From Antedon mediterranea (Eukaryota > Animalia > Echinodermata): 64,000 nucleotides of DNA. The notes below the pieces were generated by a model. That model saw only the letters and a program-made list of their open reading frames with translations, had not been told where the DNA came from and did not search any database. The stretch lies in NCBI RefSeq assembly GCF_964355755.1, contig NC_092678.1:22585365-22649364 (forward strand), read 5' to 3'. A program made the translations under genes and the position numbers. This document shows positions 26,154 to 44,844 of this stretch, one piece after another (position 1 is the first letter of the stretch; the number at the start of each line of letters is the position of its first letter).

Positions 26154-26279
26154 TGACGTCATCTTACCGCACTCTTTCGGAAAACTCGAGCGAACAGGAA
26201 AATTAACGGTGTGACACCCGGCCGGTTTTTGTGTGTCGTCGTTGATGTGGTGTACGCCAACTTGGCTTGACTGACGTGG
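26154..26279 (+). promoter_or_regulatory. ARF promoter with CRE and UPRE-type bZIP sites
   Basis: TGACGTCA at 26154-26161 and TGACGTGG at 26272-26279, 100-230 bp upstream of the ATG at 26383, in a CpG-rich patch. Confidence 0.55.
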
Positions 26280-26382
26280 CAGAGAGGATTGAATAAGTGT
26301 TTATATTGTATATTGTACAGAAATCAACCATAATTAGCGTTTTTTGAAGATTGTATATCAACTCTAACTAATAAATATCAAC

Positions 26383-31874
<5,492 letters not shown>

Positions 31875-32396
31875 AGAAGACCCGAAAGTTGGCTGACGGC
31901 GTTTAAGCACATGTTTTGTTTCTCATCGAGTGTTATCCTCAAAAGAACGAAACACAAAACAGAAATATTAAGACAATATTACTGAAAAAAGACAATTATA
32001 ATACTGTAGCTTCATGACTTGAATACATTGTCTTTTTATTCAAACGTTTTTGTATTAACTTGATGTTTTTTTTATTTTGGGTTGGGTTTATTTTCTTTAT
32101 GCTATAATATATATATATATATAAATACAAGATTATCTGCTAAAATTTGTAATGAATGTATTAAGGATGAATTTACACAGGTGCCGCCAAAGTGGGTTGG
32201 GTTGAAACAGCCCTGTAATGTTCTCAAAACATAAAGATATTCATATTTTGTCTTATTCAAGTGAATTGAAGAATACAGAAAATATGTTGATGTTCGTGTA
32301 CAGCGTATTCAATTTCTGCATGCTATTTATTAAGACATTTTTCAGGAATCTCAAACCCAAACACGATTTTCATTTTTATCCCCTTTTAAAAATTCT

Positions 32397-32481
32397 GGCG
32401 ACGCCCATGATTGCATCCTAGCCACGCCCATGAGTGCATCTTGGCCGCGCCCATGATTGCATCCTAGCCATGCCCATGATT
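32397..32481 (+). repeat. Tandem repeat, about 4 x 23 bp, at a probable transposon terminus
   Basis: GCCACGCCCATGATTGCATCCTA-type units following AAAATTCTGGCGACGCCCATG. Confidence 0.7.
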
Positions 32482-33556
32482 GTTTTAAGATTTTGTCCTG
32501 TTTTATTGATGTCCGCTCTGTAAATGTTGAAATAGTGATGCGATTTAAATAAAAGCAAATGTTAATATTCCAAAAATTCCCAAAAATATTGTATTTTTTA
32601 CATTATTTAACCATTGTAGTTTGTACTTTCATTTAGTGTTAATTTTTGTTGGTAGACTTTTTGACTGTTGTCTATAGAGGGCTCACTTTAAATATTTTAT
32701 CTTGAATTTTGTATGCAGAAACCTTTCTATAATAAATAATAGTATGTTGATACATAATTATTAAATATTAATATTCCTAATAGTACGTATATAAAATTGA
32801 TAATAATATTAATATTTACAACATTTTATATATAAATTTATATATTCCCCACCACTTTTTAATTTGAAGACCTTTATTGAGGAAAAAAAACATGTAACCC
32901 TTAGATTTTAAACCACTACAAAACATTTTAGCAGTATTGATAAAAAAAAAAACAGTTATTGACACCAGCTGTGAACTACTCTATCATGTATATGCATTTG
33001 CTATTTATTTACCTCAATTTATTCAATAATGCTAAACTGTTCTTACCCCAAATTTAGTTACTTGTTGAAATTATTTTTCTGTATATTAATTACATAACAA
33101 TTATATAATCTTCTTTTCAAGCTCTAGTTATATCATCTCAATAACAGAATAAATAATTGAAAATAAAATTCGATATTTTGTTGCTTAGTTTTCTGTACAC
33201 ATTATGCTCACAGTGAATCATTTCATTTAAGAAAGTTGGAATTTCTTATTTATAAAATAGTATCACGAATTTTCATTTACAGCATTGCATTTTAATTATA
33301 CACATTTTTAATATAATATATACTTCGCGTTATCACCGATGTTTCCCAATGTTCTGTAATTAAATTTAAATCTGACCGAGTTGTAGCAGTCTTTATTTTG
33401 AGCGGAAGGAGTATGGCACACTTTTCCAGTGTCGTGAATAAACGACCAACATTGTATTTACCAAATTGTACAAGTTAATATAATTTTAAATCAATAAATA
33501 TCTGAAATAGTCACTGTTTATTTGAGAATTTAATTTTGGAAAATGTTAAATACTAC

Positions 33557-33583
33557 CATGGAGAAATAAGTTATTTCTCCATG
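33557..33583. mobile_element. 27-bp P-element-like hairpin (footprint or minimal MITE) with 7-bp TSD
   Basis: CATGGAGAAATAA-G-TTATTTCTCCATG flanked by ATACTAC on both sides (33550-33556 and 33584-33590). Confidence 0.7.
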
Positions 33584-34062
33584 ATACTACACAATTTATA
33601 TTCAAATTTCATTCGTAATGTGAGTTTGCTGCCACCTATATTGCTGTGTTCACGCTTGAGTAAGCTCATTTGCATTCTCTCTTCAACAGATGTATTTTAT
33701 GTTGATGGCGTTCCAGCCCACGTGTCTGAGATGTGTTTACATAAGAAATCTAGGCCCGACCTTTGTCAAGCCAGGAAGTACTCAATCACACGGTAAGCGG
33801 CGCATTTGTTTATTTTTCTTGTTGATGTATAACTGCTAGGCCTAGACACATTTTATCGTTTAGCTTTTAGTGACTGTAGTGAGTAAGAAGTAAAGTATCA
33901 ATACTTAAGAGATGTAAAGACACAAAAACGACTACAAACAGAAATAGAGAAAAAAACAATTAGTTTAATCAAATATCGTAAACAGCTATAAATAAGCCAT
34001 TGGGCATAAACGAAAATAATAAATCTAAATGTACATGGAGTTACTCCCTGGTAAAAATTAAT

Positions 34063-34089
34063 CATGGAAAAATAAGTTTTCTCTCCATG
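34063..34089. mobile_element. Second 27-bp P-element-like hairpin
   Basis: CATGGAAAAATAAGTTTTCTCTCCATG flanked by AATTAAT and TATTAAT. Confidence 0.55.
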
Positions 34090-34134
34090 TATTAATCAAG
34101 TTAACTTAGGCCAGGGAGTTGTAAATTAATTATT

Positions 34135-37100
34135 TTATAACTCCTTGCTTAGGCCTAGAAGAACTGCAAACAATATACACATACATTTAATAAATAAACT
34201 AAGACTAATCAAATAAATGAAATGATAAAATCGAATGTATCCTCGGTTATGTAATATATATAAAAGAAGATAATAACATGTTATCAGACTTAAGAACGCT
34301 ATTTTGTGATTATATATAGAACTTTCTAAAAACAAGTTCAGTCGATGTTTATTTCGTTTTTGTATTATACAACTGTGATAAGGCCTAAGGTCCAATGACT
34401 GTCCTTTCAATGTTATACTACTGTTTGTTTGTGTGATAACCATTGATTTGAATAATAATTTATCATGAATATCATACAAGTAATTTCCATCAAGAGATAT
34501 TAAATCAACTTTGATTCCCTTTCCAGAATATCCTTTTAGCAAGTCTATAACATTATAATTTACTAATTTACAGTAATTCATAGAAAGGCGTTTTAAGTTT
34601 GGGAATTTAATAAATATATTAGCTAGTGTACTTCCGTTGATTGATGATAGGTCGACAAAATCTAAATTAAGAAATTTCCATTTAAATCTGTAACGCTTAG
34701 GTGATATTAACAGATCGTGTAATTGTTGGGCGGATAAAGAATGAAGAAACCAAGAAAATCCATAAAGTGTATCATTTACATCAGATATAATTAATGAATT
34801 GATAAGATTCGCAAGTAAATTACTATCAAGATTTGAAAGATCATTGTTCTCTAAATTGATAAAATTCTCTTTTGACTCTAAATAGCTTATATCTACTTCA
34901 TTCAGCATATCAACTATTTCGGCGCTTGATAAAGAGCAATTACTTAAATCAAACATTTCTAAGTCTTTATAAACATTTAAAAAATGACCTAATAAAGCTC
35001 CGTTGATGTTTGACAAATTATTGTTCCCAAGAAGAAACCACCGCAAGTTAACAAATGTTTTACTGTGTTTACATTCTGTTAGCATTGAGTTAATAAGTGA
35101 ACTGTGTGATGCACCCTTTGAGTCTCTCGAAAAACGTATCAATAGTAGGCTTAGGTTTGGAAAGTTTTGAAATAATTTGCACATGCGTGAGCCAGTATGG
35201 CGCCTATATAAAAAGCGTGAATCATCTTCAATAAACATAAAAGAACGTATTTCTTTGCCTACATTATATTTCTTCCATTCAAAAGAGAGAATCTCAAGGG
35301 CCTCATCACCATGTTTTTCAATTAGTTTAATCAAATATCCATCCCGATTATATTGGGTTAGGTCTGCTTGTATGGTATCAGCATTATATAATTGTAATAT
35401 TATTGAATAGTGAGCTATAATGCTACACATACATTCACAATGTTTATTATACTCCATCATACTTGACGATATCATTCTTGTTATGTTATTACTATCTTTT
35501 CTAAGTCTATTACGAAATATATTTAGTAATTCTATTAAATGCAAATTGTCGTTGCAAACAAATGTTCTAAATGAATCCCTTAAATCTTTAACGTCCATTT
35601 TCATTTGTGGAGAGATTTGTTTATCCAGTAATGTTAATACTTTTTTTTGGTATTTTGGATTTACATATGTGAAATATTTGGAAAAGGAATAATAATTAGA
35701 GGCCCTATTTACCAACCAGTGTTTCATGAGTTTGTCTGCATTGGGACCTAGAAAACTAATAGTGAAAACTGTTACTATTGGTAAAAGTGGGTGAAGCCTT
35801 ATTATCTCGCATTCTAATGGATCTAAAGTCTCAATTTTATTAGACAAGTAATATCCAGCGAGTGCCTCTGACAATAACCTATGTGGACTTCGGTAAGTCT
35901 CCAAAAAACTATCCTGAACAGTAGAAGTATCTTTGTAAACAAATCCTAATTTTAGTGCTAAGTCAACTAAAGTTTCATTTTTAACTAGAGTGTTTACTTC
36001 AGTTTTAGTAAAATGAAGTAAAATTCGTTTTAAACCAATGTAACTAATTTCTCCTAATATTATAATTGCGTTTTTATAATCTGTGGGAATGTTGTCAAAG
36101 TCTGTTATTGCCTTTGTAGTAGGTTCATCCCTTCTATTAATGTACTGATTTAAAATCGTGCGGAAAATTTCTTTAAACAAATGTTCAAGATTTTTGGGAA
36201 TCATTTGCTGGTGTTCCCACACAACACACATTTTAAGTAAAAGGAAAGGAGATGAAAATAGTTCAAATATGTATTTATGATTACCGCCCCAACTAGTTAC
36301 ATCATCTGAATCAAGATTAAATTCACTAATCAATAACTGACCCATTTTAGACTGTCCAATAGATTTGAAATACCTCTTGATATATGGTTTTATGTTCTTT
36401 ATGTCAAATCCTTCTACTTTTACACGTATGTCATAATATTTATGTAAACTTTCAGTAAAACCCGGTCGTGAAGTAAGAATAACTGTACTCTCTTCCAGTT
36501 CTTTACTTTTTAAGATCATTGGAATATCAACTCCAGAATTTAACTCATCTAATCCATCTATCAGAAAAACTAATTCTCTGTCGTGATCCTCTATAAACAT
36601 TTTTATAATTGTTTTATTAATATGGAGACCTGTTTTTTTACGAAAACGTTTTAGGTCAACTTCATCAACTGTTGTATCTGTGATTGTTTGTCCTTCTTTG
36701 ATGTCTCTGAGGTTTACGAAAAATAATATTTTATCAGCAAACGTAGTATCAGAATTTGTCGCCCAGTTATAAGATATATATTTAAGTAATGTTGTCTTAC
36801 CAATTCCCCCATTTCCAGTAATCAATACCTTACATGAGTCTCTGGACTTTATAATATTCAATAATTCTAGTAAAGATGTGTGCTTTTGTTCTCCCTTTTG
36901 TGTACTGATGATATATAGTTCTGGATCGGTAAAGATTTGTGAAATATTATGATATTTATCTTCTCTGAACGTTGGTGGTCTTATAAGTGGGTCTTCGAAT
37001 TTTTTTTTCTGTTCTTCTGTTATGAAGTTTCGAATAAGCTCATCTGAAATGAAGACAATATTATATGAAAGTATAAACCGAACAGGAACATTTCTTCTTT

Positions 37101-39369
37101 CAAATTTCAATGTTAGGTAGCGGCTATTAAATACTAATTTCATAATAGAAAATTAATAATAAACATTACCTTCTGTGAATTCATAATCTGAAAATTTGTT
37201 CGCAAAAACGTGGAATAAGTATGAGAGTATGACGGCTAAGATGACAACACTAAATGCAAAGACCATCGCTAAAGCTAAAAACAAATTTAAGGTATATTTC
37301 AGGATTGCTGAAGAGCATGCACGGTTTAAGTTTATTTGATGATTACTTTTTCTTTTTTTATTATTATTAGTTATAGGAAAGAAAAAAATGTATTAAACGA
37401 GGCTTTTGAATACATTGCATAACATCTGTTACATTATAAATTCATTAATACACATTTACGATATTCTTTATGCTTACCGATACGTGTAGTTGGTTTACAT
37501 TTATATTTCCGGTTACATGTAGGTAAGAAATAAAATTACAATACGTAATAAAATTCAAATACAAATGACGTCATTATTTCATGACGTCATTTACACAAAG
37601 AACGTCATTTACTCATAACCAATACAGTACTATTATTTTAGTGTCTGTTGTGACACCATAGATCATTCTCTGTGACCAGTTGTTTCCAAGATGATGAAGT
37701 GGTTATGAAAAAATACCGCCAATGATTTATTTTAAAGGTTTGCGCCACCTACAGGTCAATATCATCATTAAATTATACGATAATTACTGGTACATGTAGC
37801 TCATGTTGTATTGTGTATCATACATCTATCACAAAATGTAATTATGTAATTATTTAAGATTCCTAATAACAGTAAGGCTACGCACCAAAAATACTTGTTG
37901 GTTGTTCCTGTGTTCCTCTCTCTCTCACCTGCACTTGTTCCTGTCGTTCTGAAGTATAAGTATTTTTGTTTAAACTTTGCAAACAATCCCCATAAGATAT
38001 TGACATGTAAGTAAAGGTAAGACCATCAACTAAGTAAGGGCCTATACAACAGGTCTATTCAATCAAAAATAAATATACAATAATAATTCATATATTATTA
38101 TACAGTAATACTTCATATATTTGTAGTAAATTACTCAAATGTAAAAAGAGTGGTTCACATTACAGAAATGTTTTCATTCGTGCATTTTGTATGTTTATCT
38201 ATATAGGCCTACACAAACTCCTCACTTACTTTCCCTTTTATTTCATGAATTGTATACTTTAAAGAAAGCAACATCACATTTAATTGTGATTAAAAATTAA
38301 AAAACTATCTGCTACTTGATTTTCAAGAAATATACAAACAAAAACATTCCGCCCTAATGTAAAACGAAATTGTTTAAAATTGAAAATCTGAAACAAAAAA
38401 CACGATATGTAATCATACTAAATTGGCGATGAAAAGACGATTATTTAACGTGACCGCGATTAGATTACTTCCTGTTAAACACCATACCAACAGAATTCGA
38501 GTTTAATCTTTAATGTGTTTATTTATGTTTTTTAAAGAAACATTTGTTAGTGTTGTTCAATATCCATACATTATTTAGGCCTATATATGGTTTGAGTGAT
38601 ATTGTGTGTCTTGACAAAAAGCACTGCCTGCGCGGTACTTATGGCTTCTGTTCTTTTACGTGGAATTAGATAATATTACAGTTGTGATTCCTCAATTTGA
38701 CACTTTAAGGTAGAAATACAACTGATAACTATAACTGATAAAGTGAAACTATTTACATTTAAATTTAGCATTATGGAGGGGTTACATTTTTAGATCATCA
38801 TAATTTATTTTGTGATCTATTTTTAAAGATTGAAGAATAATATACATACCATTACCAAGTAGAATGTCTTTTCCTCTTTGATTTAGACAGCCTGCTAAGC
38901 TTTGTATTTGATCTAGATCATCTGTGAGCTGTTTCTCAACTTCCAGATGAAGTATTACATCCCAAATATTTGTGTAGTTATATTGGGCTATTTCATAGAA
39001 AGCAATAACTTGTTGCAATTCACCTGGATCAACTTGTCTCATGGCTTTATACAGTTGCTTACGATAATATGACAACTTTGGTCCATCCAGTGTATTCTGA
39101 ACATCGTTGTCAATCATGTACCTTCTAACTAGATCTTTAGCACGCTCCACTCTACTTAGTTCCGTAACCTCTAATAGTAAGTTAATATCAGTAGGTGAGA
39201 TGAGACCTTTTTCTTCGAGTTTATTGAATAGATCGTGTCCGATAGAGGAATTTGTAATGTCACCCGTAGCTAAGTGATCAAATAGGATGCATTTAAACCA
39301 ACGGTACCTCCTCACACCTCTGTAGCATCTACTTAGATCACGTTTCAAGATCTTCAACCTTTCTGTCAT
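34135..39369 (-). CDS. NLR-like gene A: tandem DED, linker, hydrophobic helix, NACHT, LRR, hydrophobic tail (about 1198 aa)
   Basis: Predicted exons 39369-38850 (two death-fold/DED-like units, e.g. DLFNKLEEKGLISPTDINLLLEV), 37948-37886, 37274-37170 (ALAMVFAFSVVILAVILSYLFHVFA) and 37043-34135; all introns phase 1; total 3597 nt. Walker A GNGGIGKTT, Walker B LVFLIDGLDE, sensor-1 VILTSRP, WHD-like HRLLSEALAGYYL, LRR motifs LxxNxLSxIN. Confidence 0.8.
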
Positions 39370-41415
39370 TTGGATATTTTGTTGTTCAATTCTTGGATGA
39401 TGTTAAGATTATTTAGCGAAGAGCTATAAAAATTAAGTTCCAAAGTTAAAAACACAGGAGACAACTTTTTCAAAATGTCTTCGTTTCTTTTAAATCCTTT
39501 AAAAATCAAACTATTAAAGATCACACATACACCATTGTTATTGACATATTCACTCAATGTTATTGTATTTACCCACAGTTTTATTGACTTAGCGTAAGCT
39601 ATTGGAAATAACAGCCTTACTAACTTCGTTCATGACAACTATGCCTCCAGTTTAGTTTTGTAATCGTCTCAATGTTGTGCTAATTATAGGCCTAATTAGT
39701 TTTATCAGCTGATTCGTAAACTGACTGATGAATTTATATAAATGATTCCCTAAAATTAAGAATTTATAGGGATCAATGTTTTTGATTTATACTTTACCTG
39801 TTGCTGTTTCTAACAATGATGATACAGAACATAATATAATAACAGACAAGTTCCAAAATGGTTGCTGCACATTGAACCGTAACATATCATTTTTAAGTCT
39901 CAGTTTCTCTACTTATTGTGTGCTACAACGTACAACAACGTGTCTTCTCCTGGTGTTGTTAAAAACCCAATTAAAGAGGAGTCCATTTGCAGCATGCAAG
40001 ACTGAATTATATTAATGCACTTGTCGTGATAAATAAATTGTGTAGGACTAGGAATAGTCTATCGACAACAAGTACGTTGTTGGATTGTATGTAGAGTATT
40101 GTTGTATATTATTCAGTAATTATTCTATGTCACTGAAGCGTATTTAAACGGGTCCACGTCACACGAACGAACGTTTTGTGACCACGAACCAGTATGAAAC
40201 GCTAAATAGATGTTTATCGTGAATATTAACTATACATTGTGTTCGATAACAACAATTAAATAGAACGTGTATTGATAAGGATAAAGGGGATGAAGCTTGA
40301 AGAAAGCATTATGTGAAATAAGCAAATTTGAGGGAGATCTCAAGCGGCAACTAATACCCATCTTCATCGTCTCGTCTTTCTCCTAAAAAAATAGACATAG
40401 ACTCAACCATGAAATGTTATCACTTGTTATTTAAAAAAAAAAAAGAAAATAAAGGGAATACATTAAACATTCTTTGGCGTTCCATAGATACACTTTTGTG
40501 ATACTTGTAGATGAAAGAGGGTAAAATGGGGTTTAAATTACAGTGACTGATTTATACTATAGTCTTGAATTTTAATTGCACCTTAATCGAATTTCGATCA
40601 CGTCGACAAAAATTGCAACTAACCAGTGACTAATTTTCAAATATTTTATATATATTTAAGACAGGATAAATCGTAAAAAAGCATAAATATACACCTATTA
40701 TAATAGGTTAAATCAATAATATTAATCTAAATTATCCACTGTAATTATGATAATGCAAACTGTCTAGCGCCCCTTATATTTTCCTAATTTTTTATGTCAT
40801 AATTAATCTCAATAATTATTCATGATTTCTGCCTTAACCTGATAGGAGTAAAAAAAATGTGTAGTGGCACTATTTTTAGAACCGTTTATAAAGTGCATAT
40901 AACAGTCTACTATGCCTAGTTGTAAATAAGTAGTAAACCCTAAGAAGTGTTCGACTTCATCTATTTTGTATTACAGTATTACTCTTACTGTTAATTATTA
41001 TACCTATCAGTCTAATATAAATTGTTTATAAATTTTAAAATGTTTAATGGAAGTAGGGCCTAATGCTTACGGGTTGTTTTATAGCGTATGTTTAATGGGG
41101 CCTACTTTGTTAGTAAGACAGTCCACCACCATATTCGTCTTTCGTCATTTTGTGACGTCTCTATCTAAGCAGTGTTATAGATCGATAAATATAACAATGT
41201 AATGTATGATACATACACTATGAGTAACAGCGTCATAATATAATGTAGTTTAATAGTTATGTTAACGCAGGCCTACAAATATTATAATTATTATTTTAAT
41301 TTAATATGCCGATTTTGTTAGGAAATGTGCAGATTTAGTGATATTTTATTCCATTCTTATTGGTTTGAACTTGTTTCTTCCATTTTCCAATAAACCATGG
41401 CGCTAGGCTTATCCA

Positions 41416-41850
41416 TTGTGTTTAGTAACGCAACGAAACCTACACAATTACTGTATTTGCTCTGCATTGAGTAGGCCTATTGATATTGCAGATTTAATAA
41501 CGTTAGGTGAACTAAATAAATTGAATGGATTGTTATGGTACAGTACGTCCATTCGTCGTTTATCAATTCAACTACAACTATATATAATAGTATTGCGTGC
41601 TCACTTTAAAATAAACACCATCACCTTAATCAAGGCTTTTGTGTTTTCTGTGGTGGTACATTCCAGGTCCATTATATCTAACTTTAGGAAACTTATAATC
41701 CTAACAAAAGCGAACATATTTTCGGTGCTAAATATACTGTTTTGTTGCATGACTTTGCACTTGGATTCAATGGAATATGTTATTATAATACCAATAGTAG
41801 TATGTTACATCCAACAAGGTTCTTGTTTTCGTCGACAGCAAATTGTTTTT
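41416..41850. repeat. Segmental-duplication block, copy 1 of 3
   Basis: Core TTGTTATGGTACAGTACG(T/C)CCATTCGTCGTTTATCAATTCA...AACACCATCACCTTAATCAA recurs at about 43215-43660 and 56465-56840. Confidence 0.85.
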
Positions 41851-42414
41851 TAATCAAAGGCATTGTTATAGTTTTCAATGTTAATAGGCCTACGACGTAA
41901 TTAATCGTTATACCAAGATGAATGTCTGTTCATTATAATTATTGTTTTCGTTGACATTTTGCAACAGTACCTCTAAAATGTAGAATTTGCAATGTCTATT
42001 AGAATAGTAGTCCTAGTTTTTAAACATGCCAAATGTAATTTACAGGTTGACGTATCGATTTTAAAACCAATACAAAAACGTAACGAACCATAAATACAAT
42101 GCATATTTTATTTAATCAAACGCAAACAATTAAAGTAATCAAATATTTATTAAATTATCCAGTTAATATAATAATAGGCCTACTATATACCAGCACCCTT
42201 TTCAATACTGTGTAAAGTGTATTTATTTATTATAACTATGCGTAGTCCGAAAACAGCGTCATAACCACAGTAACGTAGTTCTGAATGTGTGTACTTTTGT
42301 GGACATTTTCAATAAACCAATTCAAACAACCTTGGCGTGTTTGAAGTTAAACTATTATTTTTCGACAAAAGGCAGTTAAATAAAGATTTTAACCATTTGT
42401 TTTGTAAATATAAA

Positions 42415-42815
42415 CCTCTAAAAGTCTCTGAGAAATGTGGAATGCGGAAATAACAGTGTTATTACTACTAGTTACATCTTTAGCGTGTTTAAAACCTAAA
42501 TGTGTTTATAGCTACATGTTGTCCTCTATTCGTTTAGCAGTCAACATGTCATTAATATGTTCAGTCAACATGCTTAGGTACGTGTTTAGCGTTGCGGGCA
42601 TATGATTTGGAAAAAAGCCCAATACATGAGCTCCACGCATGGCAAATTAAACACCTTTAAATCCTAAACGTGTCTTTATATTGCTCCACATGTTTAACAA
42701 TCAACACGTCACTGTGTGTTGAGCTGGATACAGACTGCATGTTTAGAATGTATTTAGAACCTAAACATGTTCATATCTAAACATGTTTTAAGATCTAAAC
42801 ACTCTTTTTATAGTG
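42415..42815. mobile_element. Possible CACTA/EnSpm-type non-autonomous element
   Basis: The right end read on the minus strand is CACTATAAAAAGAG, with many AAACATG/CATGTTT subterminal repeats. The left end is degenerate. Confidence 0.35.
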
Positions 42816-43214
42816 CTGTAAAGTATTCAAAACTTGTTGCGTTTCACGGAGCGGAAGCGTGCCCCATTATTGAACGAACGCTAATTTTTATTTTATTATA
42901 TATTGAATTAAATTAATAATTAGTTAAATTAGTAATATAATGATGAAAATTAAACCGTAGACCTGCTTTTGTCATATGATGTTGTCATATGATTTTTATC
43001 GTCTAAGAAAACAACGGCAAGTGCAATATTTCTAACAGTTTAGTTATCGTTGCATGAAATGAAAGTCACAAACGGCTGGTGGATTTTAGCAATATCAAAA
43101 TAGCAATTTGAACAGCAAATTTCACATTTTATATAGGCCTACACGTTGTTATTGTCCTATGGCTTGTACTTGACTTGTTGATTTTTCTGTTTTTAATGAA
43201 CAATAACTTATTCA

Positions 43215-43660
43215 TTGTGCTTTGTGTTTAGTAACAAACAGACGCGTTTTCGGAATATTTCCTTTACAACTGAGTCGTGATATCGTAGAGTTAATAACGT
43301 TAGGTGAACTAAATAAATTGAAAGGACTGTTATGGTACAGTAAGCCCATTCGTCGTTTATCAATTCACCTACAATTATATAATAGTATTGCGTGCTCACT
43401 TTACAATAAACACCATCACCTTAATCAATCCTTTTGTACTTGTGTCTGCAGTGCCGCAGGTCACACATTCCATCCCCATTATAACTGTATATGAGGCTTT
43501 ATTCCAATAAAAGCAAATTTATTTTCCACGCTAAAAATACAGTTTTTATTTCCTTTACATGACTTTGCATTTAGCTTCAATGCAATATATAAATATATAC
43601 GTATAGCCAATAGTTAAATAGGCCTAATTCCAACAACGGTTTTCGACAGCCAAACTATCA
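43215..43660. repeat. Segmental-duplication block, copy 2 of 3 (3' of gene B)
   Basis: Close match to 56465-56840 and 41416-41850. Confidence 0.85.
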
Positions 43661-44844
43661 TACAAAGCATACAGAATTAGGCCTATAATAGTTCACTTTT
43701 AAAAATGTTATAATGTGAAATTAAATAATTAGTTATGGCCCGTCTTGAAAGAGGACGGACTAACTTTTAGTACTGGGACTAGTTATTCCAGGACGTTCAA
43801 GAATACAGATAGCCTTGGCCAAAACAGACAATGATACAACAGAAATATATAGATTAGAAAGTACAAGTTTATTACTGTCAAATTTAATTTACATTATACC
43901 AATAATTATAGGCCTATCTAATCTAAAACCAATACGAATACATATTGAATATATAATTAATGAGCTTCTTAATTAAATTGGGCGACATTATTATGATAAC
44001 AAAATACACAAGTATAGGTTAACGAAAATAATGTAATTATAGTATACCAAGAAATGCAACACAGTACGGTAGATATTCAAGGAGATCGAAACTCATTATA
44101 ACACTCCTTTTCAATGGCATCGTGTATACAGTAGTATAGGACAAAGGGTTAAACCGATAACCATTACTATATTTAGTTCTGTACCAAATAAACGCCTTAC
44201 TTATATTTCTTATAGATAAAAATACCAAACCAGTAATTGACTTAAAATAAATACTGTCAAAATAATCAAAGACATTATCAACTCTTATTAGTATTATAAA
44301 TGTATTCCTTTTATTTTTAAATTGTTTGATTAATATTATATTTTAGCTCTATTCATTAATTTATAAGGATGTTAGGCATATAATAAAAACACAAATAATG
44401 TTATTAGGCTTGTGCTATTTCTAATGAATACCAAACCAATAAATGATTTAAAATAATTACTTTAAATAAAATTAAGCAAATGTACCCACTGTTATAAACT
44501 ATAAGACGATATATACTAAGACACATTATCAATCCTATTATAAATCTAATTTCATAATATTTTTGAAATACCTGTTTTAAAAATTTGTTTGATATTTTAG
44601 CTCCATTCTTTTACATTGAAAGGGTAATTTCTATTTGAGTGGTCAAATAACATTATAATAATACTGGATCTCATTAACAAGAGTATCTCTAAATAACATT
44701 AATTCACATAAAGACGTGCTAAGTTTGGAAGTAAAATAGATATAGAAAATTAGCTAGTTTGCTTATCTTGATCGGTAATTACTGAAAACTAAATAATGTA
44801 ATGTATCCAAGATAATATCAATGAGAATACAAGAAGCTAAAACC

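Noticed and set aside
37044-37143. N-terminal extensions of the long NACHT ORFs (also 61199-61235) as real starts
   Set aside because: They are intronic read-through upstream of matching TTTCAG acceptors in both paralogs.
34135-37143. Bacterial-type STAND/Avs anti-phage defence system or prokaryotic insert
   Set aside because: Spliceosomal introns, a DED exon, LINEs and flanking animal genes show this is a metazoan NLR locus.
37478-37512. Possible microexon (KYKCKPTTRI) with a good GTAAGC donor in NLR A
   Set aside because: No AG acceptor at the required position; it may be a decayed exon but cannot be supported.
37801-37986. ORF-track peptide with hydrophobic YFWCVALLLLGIL as a second TM helix
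   Set aside because: It is in the wrong frame for the phase-1 splice from the DED exon and runs past the donor at 37886.
38740-38750. IRF/ISRE-like AAAGTGAAACT in the NLR A intron
   Set aside because: A single short A-rich match is expected by chance in AT-rich DNA.
39798-39885. Upstream exon encoding a signal-peptide-like MLRFNVQQPFWNLSVIILCSVSSLLETAT for NLR A
   Set aside because: Splicing to the acceptor at 39423 gives ALR* and there is an in-frame TAA before the DED ATG, so it is at most a uORF in a 5' UTR exon.
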